Shown: positions 13,155 to 25,162 of the stretch, one piece after another
Layout: every line of letters starts with the position of its first letter
How positions within the stretch are numbered: the first letter of the stretch is position 1
NCBI RefSeq assembly: GCF_006345805.1
Contig: NC_043008.1
Coordinates: 37,324,001-37,388,000, forward strand
DNA length: 64,000 nucleotides
From: Octopus sinensis
Taxonomy: Eukaryota
Direction: 5' to 3'
The notes under the pieces: generated by a model
What the model saw: the letters and a program-made list of their open reading frames with translations, nothing else
Told to the model about the DNA's origin: nothing
The model's database searches: none
Translations under genes and position numbers: made by a program

Positions 13155-13512
13155 TGTATGTAATATAAATTTTCTGAATCTTCTTTCTCTCCCTCTCTCT
13201 CTCCTTCTCTCTCTCCTCTCTCTCTCTCCCCTCTCTCTCTCTCTCCCTGTATATAAATATATATATATATATAATTCAGTTTTGGGGATTAATTGATATG
13301 CGGATATATCTATATGTATGTATGTGTGTGTGTGTTTGTGTATGTGCATATATATATATGTGTGTGCGTATCTGTGCATATATACGTTTGTGAGTATGTA
13401 CATATATATGCGTATTTGTGTATATATGTACATATACACACATATGTGTGAGTGTATGCATGTGTTTGTGTGTAACTCACTCTTCCTCTTTTACTATTTG
13501 ATTTTCTCTTCT

Positions 13513-13930
13513 TACTCTTTTACGCTTTTACTCTTTTACTTGTTTCAGTCATTTGACTGTGGCCATGCTGGAGCGCCACCTTTAGTTGAGCAAATCGACC
13601 CCAGGACTTATTCTTTGTAAACCTAGTACTTATTCTATCGGTCTCTTTTGCCAAACCACTAAGTTACAGGGATGTAAACACACCAGTATCTGTTGTCAAG
13701 CAATGTGGGGGGGGGGGAGCAAACACAGACACACAAACATATACACATACATATATATACATATATATGACGGGCTTCTTTCAGTTTCTGTCTACCAAAT
13801 CCACTCACAAGGCTTTGGTTGGCCTGAGGCTATAGTAGAAGACACTTGCCGAAGGTGCCACGCAGTGGGACTGAACCCAGAACCATGTGGTTCATAAGCA
13901 AGCTACTTACCACACAGCCACTCCTACACC
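13513..13930 (-). mobile_element. tRNA-derived SINE family A (full length)
   Basis: Minus strand: A box TGGCTGTGTGGTAAG, B box GGTTCAGTCCC, central TA/TG microsatellite, (AAAGAGTA)n tail; homologous to 39462, 47142 and 58750 copies. Confidence 0.9.
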
Positions 13931-14478
13931 TATCTTTACCTCTAACTTTCTTTACTGCTATCTTTACTAATGTATATAGACATTTCATCTAGACATAAAT
14001 TTTGTATTATTTGATTCTCTGTCTGAAGAATTTCTAACAGGAAATCTCTTACATGTTTATATATCAAGAACAACTTTTCAATTCCTATTAGCAAATGAAA
14101 CATGTGTAATGGGGAATTAATAATATGAAAACTTTTTCCAATTTCTTGTTATTTTTTTTTATACAATATCTATACAAACAATATTTTCAGAATTTTCAAC
14201 TTACACCAACACAACACTGACAGGAATCACATATTGGATTGTAATAATGGATTAAGCAGCTGAACTTCAAGAGGAAACAGCTCGGATTTACATTAACTAC
14301 AAGCTTTATATATATATTATATATATATATAATATATATATATGTATATATATATATATACATGCATATATATATATGTATGTATATATATCACGTGATA
14401 TATATATATATACATAAATATATATATGCATATATATAAATATACACATGTATATATATGTATATATATATATGTGTG

Positions 14479-14509
<31 letters not shown>

Positions 14510-14550
14510 GTGTATATATATGTATATATATATGTGTATACATATATATG

Positions 14551-14583
<33 letters not shown>

Positions 14584-14594
14584 GTGTATGTATA

Positions 14595-14647
<53 letters not shown>

Positions 14648-14791
14648 GAGTGTATTTTTACCTTGTTAACAATTACACGGAAAAAATAAATAAATAGTTA
14701 CCAGGGCAGCAAAAATGTCACAAGTAAAGTTGTTGTAACTCCTTGTTTATAAGGTAGAAACTCTGTGTTTACGTTGAATATTTTGAATAAT

Positions 14792-15140
14792 ATGAATAAA
14801 AAATGGAGTTAACGCAGGTGTAATCAAATATTTTTACTTTCGACACATGTTTCGAAAATTCCACTGATACTATTCAAAAGAATAAATGGTATAAACAATG
14901 CAATCTTCTTCTCAGGAAAGTGAAAAAAACGAAACTTGTCAATAAGACATTTTAGCAAAAATAAGACATTTTTTTGCTAAAATGTCTTATTGACCAGTTT
15001 CGCTTTTTTCACTTTCCTGAGGAGAAGATTGCATTGTTTATACCATTTATTCTTTTGAATAGTATCAGTGGAATTTTCGAAACATGTGTCGAAAGTAAAA
15101 ATATTTGATTACACCTGCGTTAACTCCATTTTTTATTCAT
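14792..15140. repeat. ~350-bp near-perfect palindrome (170-bp arms, 9-nt spacer)
   Basis: 14792-14961 is the reverse complement of 14971-15140 with few mismatches. Confidence 0.95.
15011..15096 (+). ncRNA. Minimal type-I hammerhead ribozyme motif
   Basis: Stem I ACTTTC/GAAAGT; CTGAGGA 15017-15023; stem II GAAGATT/AATTTTC; GAAAC 15079-15083; loop ATGT; GTC cleavage triplet 15088-15090. Confidence 0.8.
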
Positions 15141-15458
15141 GAGAGTATTTACAGCATTAATAATAACTTCAGGACTTTTAGTTCGCTTGCTAATTCATTG
15201 TCATCTTACACTGTTCTAAAGTCAGTTTTCCTTCTTTTGACTAACTTTAACAACTTTATCCATACTTTTATCTTTACTGTTGTTGTTGTTGTTGTTCTTG
15301 TTCTTGTTCTTCTTCTGCTTCTTCTTCTTCTCCTTGCATTATTATTATCTCTTTATCACAGATTTTGTTGGTGCTCCCAGAGTCTTACATGAATAGCAGG
15401 CTTACTACATGCATGCAGCCTTTGGTACCATTCTATCTATTCGTTTTGGCTATTTAAT

Positions 15459-15667
15459 TATTTTTTTACTCTAGGCACAAGGCCCAAAATTTTTGGGGGA
15501 GAGGGCCAGTGGATTAGATCGGCTCCTGTACTTGGCTGGTACTTAATTTATCGACCCCGAAAGGACAAAAGGCAAAGTTGACCTTGGCAGAATTTGAACT
15601 TAGAATGTAATGGCAGATGAAAGCATTTCGCTCGGCATGCTATCATTTCTGCCAGCTCACTGCCTCT
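15459..15667 (-). mobile_element. tRNA-derived SINE family B
   Basis: Family motifs GAGCTGGCAGAA...GAGTTCAAATT...CCTTTCGGGGTCGATAAATTAAGTACCAG on minus; 15-bp TSD TTTTGGCTATTTAAT (15444-15458 / 15668-15682). Confidence 0.9.
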
Positions 15668-15682
15668 TTTTGGCTATTTAAT

Positions 15683-15957
15683 ACTTACCGTATTATTCTG
15701 GCTGTGCCAAGGAGGCAAACCTCTTAAACAGTTCTACTGGGCTCTCTATTCCTCTTGATGCCTTCTGATTACTGTTTCCAAGGACCAAATAACAATTGGT
15801 TCTATCTTCACCTTCTTCATTTTCCTTGGCCAAACTATTTTATACTTTAAAGGGTTGTATTTATCTCTCTTTTCACCTTCCTTCTTGACCATTCGTGGGT
15901 TAAAGGGGCAGTCAAAGTTAACTATATAGCATATGTGGTGCACCTTGTTCATCACTA
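15683..15957 (-). pseudogene. RLE-clade (R4/Dong-like) non-LTR retrotransposon C-terminal fragment
   Basis: ICYIVNFDCPFNPRMVKKEGEKRDKYNPLKYKI...KKVKIEPIVI resembles the restriction-like endonuclease C-terminus. Confidence 0.7.
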
Positions 15958-16232
15958 AGTAGTAGTAGTAGTAGTAGTAGTGGGTGAGAGAAATTTAATT
16001 GCAGAATCATTAGAATGTTTGACAAAATATTTTGTGGTAAATTCTTGCGGTGCCTTTATGTTCTGAGTTCAAATCTTGTTGAGATTAACTTTGCCTTCCT
16101 TTATCTTGTGAGTGATAAAATAAGAGATAGAATGAGAGCAAGAGAGGGAGTGAGGGGGAAAATGAAAGATATAGCAGCATTTACAGACAGGACAGTGCAG
16201 ATGGAATTCTGGCATCAACATAATCAACTAAT

Positions 16233-16522
16233 TGTGCAAGGGAGGGCATGCACATTTATGAGTATGCAAGGGAGGACATTATTTATGAGTGTACACGGGA
16301 GAGTATGTGCATTTATGAGCGTGCAAGGGAGGGCATGTGCATTTATGAGTGTGAGAGGGAAGGCATATACATTTATGAGTATGCAAGGGAGGGCATGTTC
16401 ATTTATGAGTGTGCAAGGGAGGGCACGTGCATTTATGAATGTGCAAGGGAGGGCACGTGCATTTATGAATGTGCAAGGGAGGGCATGTGCATTTATGAGT
16501 GTGCAAGGGAGGGCATGTGCTT
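16233..16522. repeat. 30-bp minisatellite, ~9.5 copies
   Basis: Unit GTGCAAGGGAGGGCATGTGCATTTATGAGT. Confidence 0.95.
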
Positions 16523-16984
16523 TTATTTGTGTGCATGTGTAAAACAGTCTAGTAGATTCTGTCCTTATTATTATTATAGATATAAAAGCTACAAGCTGAC
16601 AGGATTGTTGCCCTGCTGGATGGATAAAATGGTTAGCAGCATCTCTTCTTATATTATATTCTGGGTGTCAATTTCTGCTGAGGTCAACTTTGACCTCTTT
16701 CCTTTCAGGGTCAATAAAATGAGAACCAGTAATCAATAGCCTACTTCACCTCAATTTCAAGCCTTGTGTTTATAATAGAAAGGGTTATTATAACAGATTA
16801 TTAAAATTTTGATAAAATACTTAGCTTTGTGCTTCATAGTTGTTGTTGTTGATGTTGCTGTTGTTGTTGTTGTTGTTGTTATCATTATTATTGTTTGATG
16901 CAACTTCACAGCTTATTTTTCTGGGTATAATGGAAAGTGTCAGCTGTCCACAACCAGCAGACTAAGGTGACACTTGTTTACTGA

Positions 16985-17292
16985 TCATGCTTCAAAAACC
17001 CTGCATAGAATTCTTTCAGTTCCAAGCAATGCTGATTTTTGTAGGTATTCTACCTTTACCTTTGTACCAATCTTTTTTTTGAGCCATGTTAGTAGTTGAG
17101 TGCTGGTACTTTCAAGTACACCAATTACTATTGGTACCACGTCTACTCTCCTCATTGACCACGGTCTTCGTATTTCCCATTTCAAATTGTCATAGCTGTC
17201 TAATTTTTCTTCTTACTCTTTAATTCTGTTGCCACCAAGACCTGCTACATCGATTATGATGTATGTTCTTCTTTCTTTTCTCTCACCAGTTT
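16985..17292 (-). pseudogene. RLE-clade non-LTR 3' fragment
   Basis: YIIIDVA...YDNLKWEIRRPWSMRRVDVVPIVIG...LQKSALLGTERIL; (TTG)n/(TTA)n lies just beyond its 3' end. Confidence 0.8.
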
Positions 17293-17302
17293 CAACAATA
17301 GT

Positions 17303-17775
17303 TCAGGTGCTAAAAACCCTCCTGATAATCTTTCCTGTCTCTAAGAGACAAACTTTCTATAGAAGCTCTACAGGGCATTCTTTTCTAATCTCCTTCAGCA
17401 ATTTGTCTATCGCTTCACTTACAGTTCCCAATGTACCAATTATTATAGGCACAACCTTTACAATTTTCATATTCCAAATTCTTGCAATTTCAAATTTTAA
17501 GAGATTGTATTTCTTTTGCTTTTCGCCCACTTTCATTACAATCCTGGAATCAGACAGACATGAAGGATCAATTAGTGAGCAACTTCGCTTTTCCTTGTCT
17601 ATTATAGTTACATCTGGTCTATTATTTTCTTACTTCTTGTCCACTGGAATGGTAAAGTGCCACAAAACCTTACAATTCACCAACTCCAGCCCTCTTTCGA
17701 CTTGATGTTCATACCATGAGTCTTCAGCATCGGATCTCCATTTCTGGCAAAGCTTCCAGTGTAAAACTTTGTGGC
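17303..17775 (-). pseudogene. Second RLE-clade non-LTR 3' fragment
   Basis: LHWKLCQKW...WYEH...KVLWHFTIPVDK...NRPDVTIIDKEKRSCSLID...KYNLLKFEIARIWNMKIVKVVPIIIGTLG (PD-(D/E)xK-type endonuclease region). Confidence 0.85.
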
Positions 17776-18337
17776 ATTTTATCTGTCTTAAAATTCCAAG
17801 TTCGAATTTTGCTGAGGTTAACTTTACGTTTTGTCCCCCCCCCCCACTGGGTTGATAAAATAAGTTCCAGTAGAACATTAAGGTCGATGTAATTGACTTA
17901 CCCTTTCCTTTGAAATTACTGGCATGACACCAAACTTTGAAACCATTATAATTATTATTATTTGTCATCCTCATCCTCATCATCATCATCATCATCACCA
18001 TCACATCATTAATCATTTCTTATTCTGTCTGTCATTGTCGTTCTTACCTTCTTCTAACATTTCATTTTGTTCTTGACTATATATATTTCAATTCAATTAA
18101 AAATATAAAAAAAAAAAAAATTAAATTAACAATATGACACAGTAATACCAAAACATTTCTGGAGCATCAATGTTAAAAATAAAACAAGAAAAGCCCCCCA
18201 AAAACAACACAAACAACTGATAAAAAAAACACTATCATAAAAGATGCTAAAATAATTGAATGTAATAATGAACTGTCAAAATATATACTATGAACTCCTG
18301 TAAAAAAAAAAATTCAAAAAAGGAATGTACAATTTAA

Positions 18338-18393
<56 letters not shown>

Positions 18394-18734
18394 GTGTGTG
18401 TATGTGTATGTGTGTCTATGAATGTGTGCATAAACCTGTACACAATCTATGTATATAGATATATATAGGTATAATATATATACCTATGCATATATATGTA
18501 AATATGTATATATATCCCCACACACCCATTTATATATATATATATGTATATAACATACATAAAATTACTTTATAATGTTGCCCTATATATATATATGTAA
18601 TTATATATATATATATATATATGCTCTCTCACACACATGCATGCATGCAATTACATGTGTGCGTGTATGTGTGTATGTATGTGCATGTGTGTGTATATCT
18701 ATGTCTCTCTCTCTCTCTACATATATATATATGC

Positions 18735-18768
<34 letters not shown>

Positions 18769-18786
18769 TCACACACACATGCATAG

Positions 18787-18820
<34 letters not shown>

Positions 18821-19234
18821 GCATGCATATGCATTTAATAAAAAGTAAAGAACGGAAAAAATCAAAATTTTCCATAGAATTAAAATATAATCAAAGGAAA
18901 ATCAACCAAAAATCACAAAAAAAAAATAAATGTAAAAAAAAAAAACAAAGAAATTTGTAGTTTAATAATTTCTGTGTATGCAACAAAAATACTTAACAGA
19001 GATTAGGTGGCAAGAAATGGCTTACTTTGGAGATGCTAACAATTTTTGTGTTTGTTTTTTTCTTGGAATAAAATGGTTGATAGGAAGAGAATGGAGTCAG
19101 AGAATGGAGTAAGAGAAAGTTGATTTAAAGCTGAAAGGAAATTGCATGGGAAATATTGAAAAGACGGCATTGGTAGTTACTTTGGTAATAAAAGTTAAAA
19201 AATAAAATTTCTATGGAAATAAAACTATAATTGG

Positions 19235-20678
19235 AAGGAAGAAAGAAAGAAAGATAGAAAGACAGAAAGACAGATAGAAAGAAAGAAAGAAAGAAAGAAA
19301 GAACGAAAGAAAGAAAGAAAGATAGAAAAAAAGAAAGATAGAAAGAAGGAAAGAAAGACAGAAAGAAAGAAAGAAAGAAAGAAGGAAAGAAAGAGAATTT
19401 GAGATAGAGCATGTACATGTGATAAAGAATGAGAGAGAGGAGAGAAAGAAGAATGAATGAGAGAGAAGAGACAGAAAAAGCATGTAGATGTGAGAAAGAA
19501 TGAGAGAGAAGAGAGAAAGAAGAATGAATGAGAGAGAAGAGACAGAAAAAGCATGTAGATGTGAGAAAGAATGAGAGAGAAGAGAGAAAGAAGAATGAAT
19601 GAGAGAGAAGAGACAGAAAAAGCATGTAGATGTGAGAAAGAATGAGAGAGAAGAGAAAGAAGAATGAATGAGAGAGAAGAGACAGAAAAAGCATGTAGAT
19701 GTGAGAAAGAAGAGAGAGAAGAGAGAAAGAAGAATGAATGAGAGAGAAGAGACAGAAAAAGCATGTAGATGTGAGAAAGAATGAGAGAGAAGAGAGAAAG
19801 AAGAATGAATGAGAGAGAAGAGACAGAAAAAGCATGTAGATGTGAGAAAGAATGAGAGAGAAGAGGAAGAAAGAATGAATGAGAAGAGAGAACAGAAAAA
19901 GCATGTAGATGTGAGAAAGAAAGAGAGAGAAGAGAGAAAGAAGAATGAATGAGAGAGAAGAGACAGAAAAAGCATGTAGATGTGAGAAAGAATGAGAGAG
20001 AAGAGAGAAAGAAGAATGAATGAGAGAGAAGAGACAGAAAAAGCATGTAGATGTGAGAAAGAAAGAGAGAGAAGAGAGAAAGAAGAATGAATGAGAGAGA
20101 AGAGACAGAGAAAGCATGTAGATGTGAGAAAGAATGAGAGAGAAGAGAGAAAGAAGAATGAATGAGAGAGAAGAGACAGAAAAAGCATGTAGATGTGAGA
20201 AAGAAAGAGAGAGAAGAGAGAAAAAAGAATGAGATGAGAGAAGAGACAGAGAAAGCATGTAGATGTGAGAAAGAATGAGAGAGAAGAGAGAAAGAAGAAT
20301 GAATGAGAGAGAAGAGACAGAAAAAGCATATAGATGTGAGAAAGAAAGAGAGAGAAGAGAGAGAGAGAGAAAGAGTATGTGTATGTGAGAATGAAAGAGA
20401 GAAAGAGAGAAAGCAGGTAGATGTGAGAAAGGAAGAGAGAGAAGAGAGAGAGAAAGCATGTACATGTGAGAAAGAAAGAGAGAGAGAGAGAGAGCATGTA
20501 TATGTGAGACTGAAAGAGAGAGAAAGTGCATGTGCATGAAAGAAGGAGAAACTGAGAGGGAGAGAGAGAGAGAGACAGAGCATGTACATGCAAGAAAGAG
20601 AGAGAACATGTGCATGTGAGAAAGTGAGAAAGGGGAAGAGAGAAAGAGAGAAATTTCATGCAAGAAAGAGTGAAGGAG

Positions 20679-20709
<31 letters not shown>

Positions 20710-20735
20710 AAGAGAGCATCTACATGTGAGAAAGA
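19235..20735. repeat. Purine-rich ~71-bp minisatellite (about 13 conserved units) flanked by (GAAA)n/(GA)n
   Basis: GCATGTAGATGTGAGAAAG recurs at 19480, 19551, 19622, 19691, 19761, 19832... spacing 69-71 bp; explains the F/L/S-rich minus-strand ORFs. Confidence 0.95.
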
Positions 20736-21092
20736 GGGAGAGAAGGAGATTTGGAGAAAGAAAGATGGATGATTAATTTGATACGAAAGGAAAAGACAAA
20801 AAAGTTCAATTGAAGTTAATATTGTAACGAAGAATTTCTATGCTGTTCTTGAAACTATATTTAGGTAACGTAGCTAAAAATTTATATGAGGCACAGCTTG
20901 TGTGTACTTGGTATTTTTCATAGTGTGTTTATTATTGTTATTTCCAATTCCTTTCATTGAAGTATATCTTTATTTCATAGTTCAAAATAAGCAGAATTTT
21001 TAGTTGATTTTGCAGAATAGGGTAGTGGAGTTAGGAATTTTATTCTTTAAAATTGTTTTCAGTCAAGTTATTAAATTATATATATATATATA

Positions 21093-21175
<83 letters not shown>

Positions 21176-21201
21176 TATATATATATAATATATATATATA
21201 T

Positions 21202-21268
<67 letters not shown>

Positions 21269-21291
21269 TGAATCTGTGTAAATTGTATAGT

Positions 21292-21575
21292 GAGGGCGCG
21301 TGGCTTAGTGGTTAGGGCATTCGCTCATGATTAAGGTTTGTGAGTTGATCCCGACGCGTTGTGTCCTTGAGCAAGACACTTTATTTCACGTTGCTCCAGT
21401 CACTTCATGGCAAAAATGAGTTGTACTTGTATTTTCAAAAGGTCAGCTTGTCATCTCTGTGTCACGCTGATTATCAGAATACGTTAGGGTACGTGTCTGA
21501 ATGCTCAGTTTGCATTAATTTCACGATAAGCTTTTCCGTTGATCGTATCAGCTGGACCCCGTCGTCGTAACCGCA
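21292..21575 (+). mobile_element. tRNA-derived SINE family C
   Basis: GGCGCGTGGCTTAGTGGTTAGGG...TTGTGTCCTTGAGCAAGACACTTTATTTCAC; homologous to 29921-30170, 27260-27520 (-) and 34490-34835. Confidence 0.85.
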
Positions 21576-21945
21576 GTCTTGAAAGGATAAATGTGTATAG
21601 AATAAATATATCAGTTGAATTAAGTTAAAACATGGTCTGGTTTTCACGTTTTTCCTTATTGTATTTAAAATAAATTTTTTCCAATTTTGAAGTGTGTTAA
21701 ACATTAAAAAAATATTTTGTAATGTTCATAAAGTTCAATCAGCCCTTTCATACGTTAGTAGTAATCATCAGATTTCAAAATATATTTAACTGACAGTTGA
21801 ATTCTCGACAACTGTAGTAACATACCTGACTTCTTAGAAGGCTCCAACCTCTTAATACCTCTTAGAAGGATCCAACATGTCTTAAAATTATTCAACTGTT
21901 ATATATATATCTTTGTTGTGTTTTTTTCTTTGTTAGTGTTTGGAT

Positions 21946-21993
<48 letters not shown>

Positions 21994-23339
21994 GGTCAGT
22001 AGTTGTATATCTGAATATAAGCACACTTGAAAACATTAGAGCAGTAATATTTAGAAGGTTGTTTGCTATGACCAGTTAGAGAGTGACCAGTGCATTCACA
22101 TCAATAAAGTACTTTACTGTATAGCCAACTCATAAAACTCAAATGGTCAGAGGCACATACCTCTCTACAACTTTAGTGGTGGTGGTGATGGTGGGGGAAA
22201 GATGTTATGGTCAGTTAATTTTGAAAACGAAAATATTCCAGCCTGTCGTGGACACAAGTGGAACTGATCTAAGGTGAGGCAGAGAATAACTCTGCCTCAC
22301 CCAAGGTTTTGCCAGTAGAGTTTTGTTCCAGAATTTATTTGTTTACAAAAATTAACTAACCATGATGCATTCCTTCCTCCAGTTGTAGAGAGGTTAGGTG
22401 TCTCTGGCCATTTAAGTGTAATGAATTATATATTCAGCTGTTTTATTTGTGAAACCAATGATCATTCTTTAACTGGCCAATTGCTGATGATCATTATGCT
22501 TCAGATGAAGAGTTTACCCTTACATGGGCAACAAAAGTGATTTGGACAATTAAACTGGTGAAACTGATGAGGAAAGTACTAATTCAGGTGAACAAATAAG
22601 GTAGTTGAGAAAAAGGACTTTTATTAATAATCACTTGAATTTTTTTTTTTGTGATTCTGTCCATTAGTTTGCCTGCAATTGTTACTCTTGAGTTGTATAT
22701 GCAACTATTTTCTTCTTTTTGTTTAGGAGCCCAGGTGGAGGGTAAAGTTAGAAATAGGAGCCAGGGTCAAAGAGGTATAATTTTACACCCTTCTATGTAC
22801 ACTAACTTCTCTGATTACTACCCATCTTTTAACTTTAATACTTTAGTTTTATCTTAATCACATACTAACATCATCATCTTCATTACCAAATACCATAAAT
22901 TTGTAATATTTTCTAAACTCATCATGTCTTCTAAATATCATACATGTTGCTGCTCTATTCATGTCTGCAGTCTGTTCAGCTTAACATTAAACTATAAATA
23001 CCCAGATAGCTATTTTTAACCATATTCTATTTTAATCAAAAGTAATTAGTTTTATTTGACCGTTAATTTAAATAAGATGATCAAAACTAACAGTCTTTAT
23101 GAGTTGTCATGCCATGCTGTTTATGAAGCGTAATTTGATGCCATTGCAGAGGTCTCGCATTTTATTGTCTCAGATGTGAACTTTTCTCTATGTTGTATAA
23201 ATTTAAAAATCATATATCATAACTTACTTGCCGATTTAATTTCTAGAGCAATGGATTATATTTAGACATAAAATGGAGAGGAAAACATTCTTACAAATAG
23301 CATGTATGGAAAAGTTTTGGCTATATAAATATCATCGTA

Positions 23340-24270
23340 ATCATCATCAATTAATGTCCATTTTCCATGCTGGCATGGGCTGGATAGTTTGATCAAAAAC
23401 TGGTAGGCTGTGGAGCTGCACCAAGTTTCAGTCTGATTTGGATACAGCTGGATACCCTTCTTAACACCAACCACTTCAAGAGTGTTGTGGGTGCTTTTTA
23501 CATGTCACCAGCATGGGTACCAGTTATGAAACACCAGTATCGGTCATGACTACGATCTCACTTGGCTTGACAAGTCTTCTCAAGCATGATATATTGCCAA
23601 AGGTCTTGGTCACTTGTTACTGCCTCCACGAGGCCCAAAGTTTGAAGGGTGCTTTTTAACTATGTGCCACCAGCACGGGTGCTAGATATGCAACGCTGGG
23701 ATCGGCCACAACTACGATTTCTCTTGACTTGAAAGGTTTTCTCAATTACAGCATATTGCCAAACAACTGAAGAGTACATTTTACATGCCACTGGTATGAG
23801 TGCCAGTTACGTGACATTGGAACTGGACATGAATCAATTTCACTTGGCTTCATGGGTCTTCTCAAGCATGACATATTGCCAAATGTCTCATCCACTTGTT
23901 ATTACCTCCATGAGGCCCAATGTTTGAAGATCATGCTTCATCACCCCGTCTCACGTCTTCCTGAGTCTACATCTTCAATAAGATCCTTCCACAGTTAGAG
24001 ATTGGCACTTCTTCACACAGCTGTCCTCTGTGAGGTTGTCTCTCTTGCCAACTTTTCTCAAGATACTTACACTTTGTCATACATGCATACTGACATTGCA
24101 CACAGGCATCGTACTATCTGCCTTTCATTCTGAAGGAGAGGCCCTTTATTACCAACAGAGGTTGGAGCTCTCTGAACTTTGCCTAGCCTATTCTTAGTCT
24201 AGTAGCTACACTCTTGGAGCATCCACCTCTGCTTTTAACTTTGTCACCTAGACAATGAAAGCTATCAACT
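23340..24270 (-). mobile_element. 5'-truncated RTE LINE (ORF2 C-terminus plus 3'UTR)
   Basis: Minus strand VDSFHCLGD...RLRIG*AKFRELQPLL...; 3'UTR and (GAT)n tail at the left end. Confidence 0.85.
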
Positions 24271-24917
24271 ATGCTGGTATGGTCATGTGATGCATATGGA
24301 CGAGGCCAGCTGTATAAAGAAGTGCTGATCTCTAACTGTGGAGAGAACCTGTGGTAGAGGTAGACTCAGGAAGAAATGAGACAAGGTGGTGAAGCATGAC
24401 CTTCGAACTTTGGGCCTCACAGAGGCAATAACTAGTGACCAAGACTTTTGATGATATGCTGTGCTTGAGAAGACCTGTCATGTCAAGTGAAATCGTAGTT
24501 TGATGCTGATGCTGGTGTCATGTAACTAGCACTCATGCTGGTGGCATATAAAAACCCCCTTTCAAGCATTGGGCCTCATGGAGGCAAAGTGGCTGAGCTC
24601 TTTTCGAGTGTTGGGCCTCACAAAGGCAATGACTGAGACCATTAGCATTATGTTGTACTTGAGAAGAAGACCCATCAAGCTGAGCAAAATCGCAGTCATG
24701 GAAGATACCAGTGTCATGCAAACGGTACTCATGCTGGTGGAATGTAAAAGCACCCATTACACTCATGGAGTGGTTGGTGTTAGGAAGAGCATCCAGCCAT
24801 AGAAACCATGCCAAATCAAACTGGAGTCTGGTGCAGCCTTCCAGCTTGTCAACCCATGCCAGCGTAGATAACACACGTTAAATGATGATGATCATTATGA
24901 TGATGATGATGGTTATA

Positions 24918-24950
<33 letters not shown>
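24271..24950 (+). mobile_element. 5'-truncated RTE LINE, opposite orientation to its neighbour
   Basis: WYGHVMHMDEASCIKKC...GRGR...VVKHDLRTLGLTEA; 3'UTR ending in (GAT)n. Confidence 0.85.
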
Positions 24951-24952
<2 letters not shown>

Positions 24953-25117
24953 CATCATCATCATCATCATCATCACTTCTATCCCTATCTTCTTTGACCT
25001 CACTTATTGAATCTAACTCTGAAAATATTTACTTATTTACATCAATGAATGTATTTCACTTGAAATTCTGTAAGTTTTCAACAGTGGATTAGCAGCGACA
25101 GCTAGCATGCCAAGCTA

Positions 25118-25162
25118 CTCCAGACTGATGAAGAGCAATAACACTGAAACTAGTCTCTGGAG
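25118..25162 (+). ncRNA. Minimal type-I hammerhead ribozyme motif
   Basis: 7-bp stem I CTCCAGA/TCTGGAG; CTGATGA 25125-25131; stem II AGAG..CACT (one mismatch); GAAAC 25146-25150; loop TA; GTC 25153-25155. Confidence 0.85.

Noticed and set aside
16015-16739. Repeat-protein ORFs or CRISPR-like array
   Set aside because: Contiguous 30-bp tandem repeat with no unique spacers and no cas genes
19125-20719. 450-520 aa ORFs on the minus strand
   Set aside because: Open in all three frames because the pyrimidine-rich minisatellite lacks stops; low-complexity F/L/S
21735-21778. Minus-strand CTGATGA-TTAC..GTAT-GAAAG
   Set aside because: No valid NUH triplet or stem I; consistent with chance
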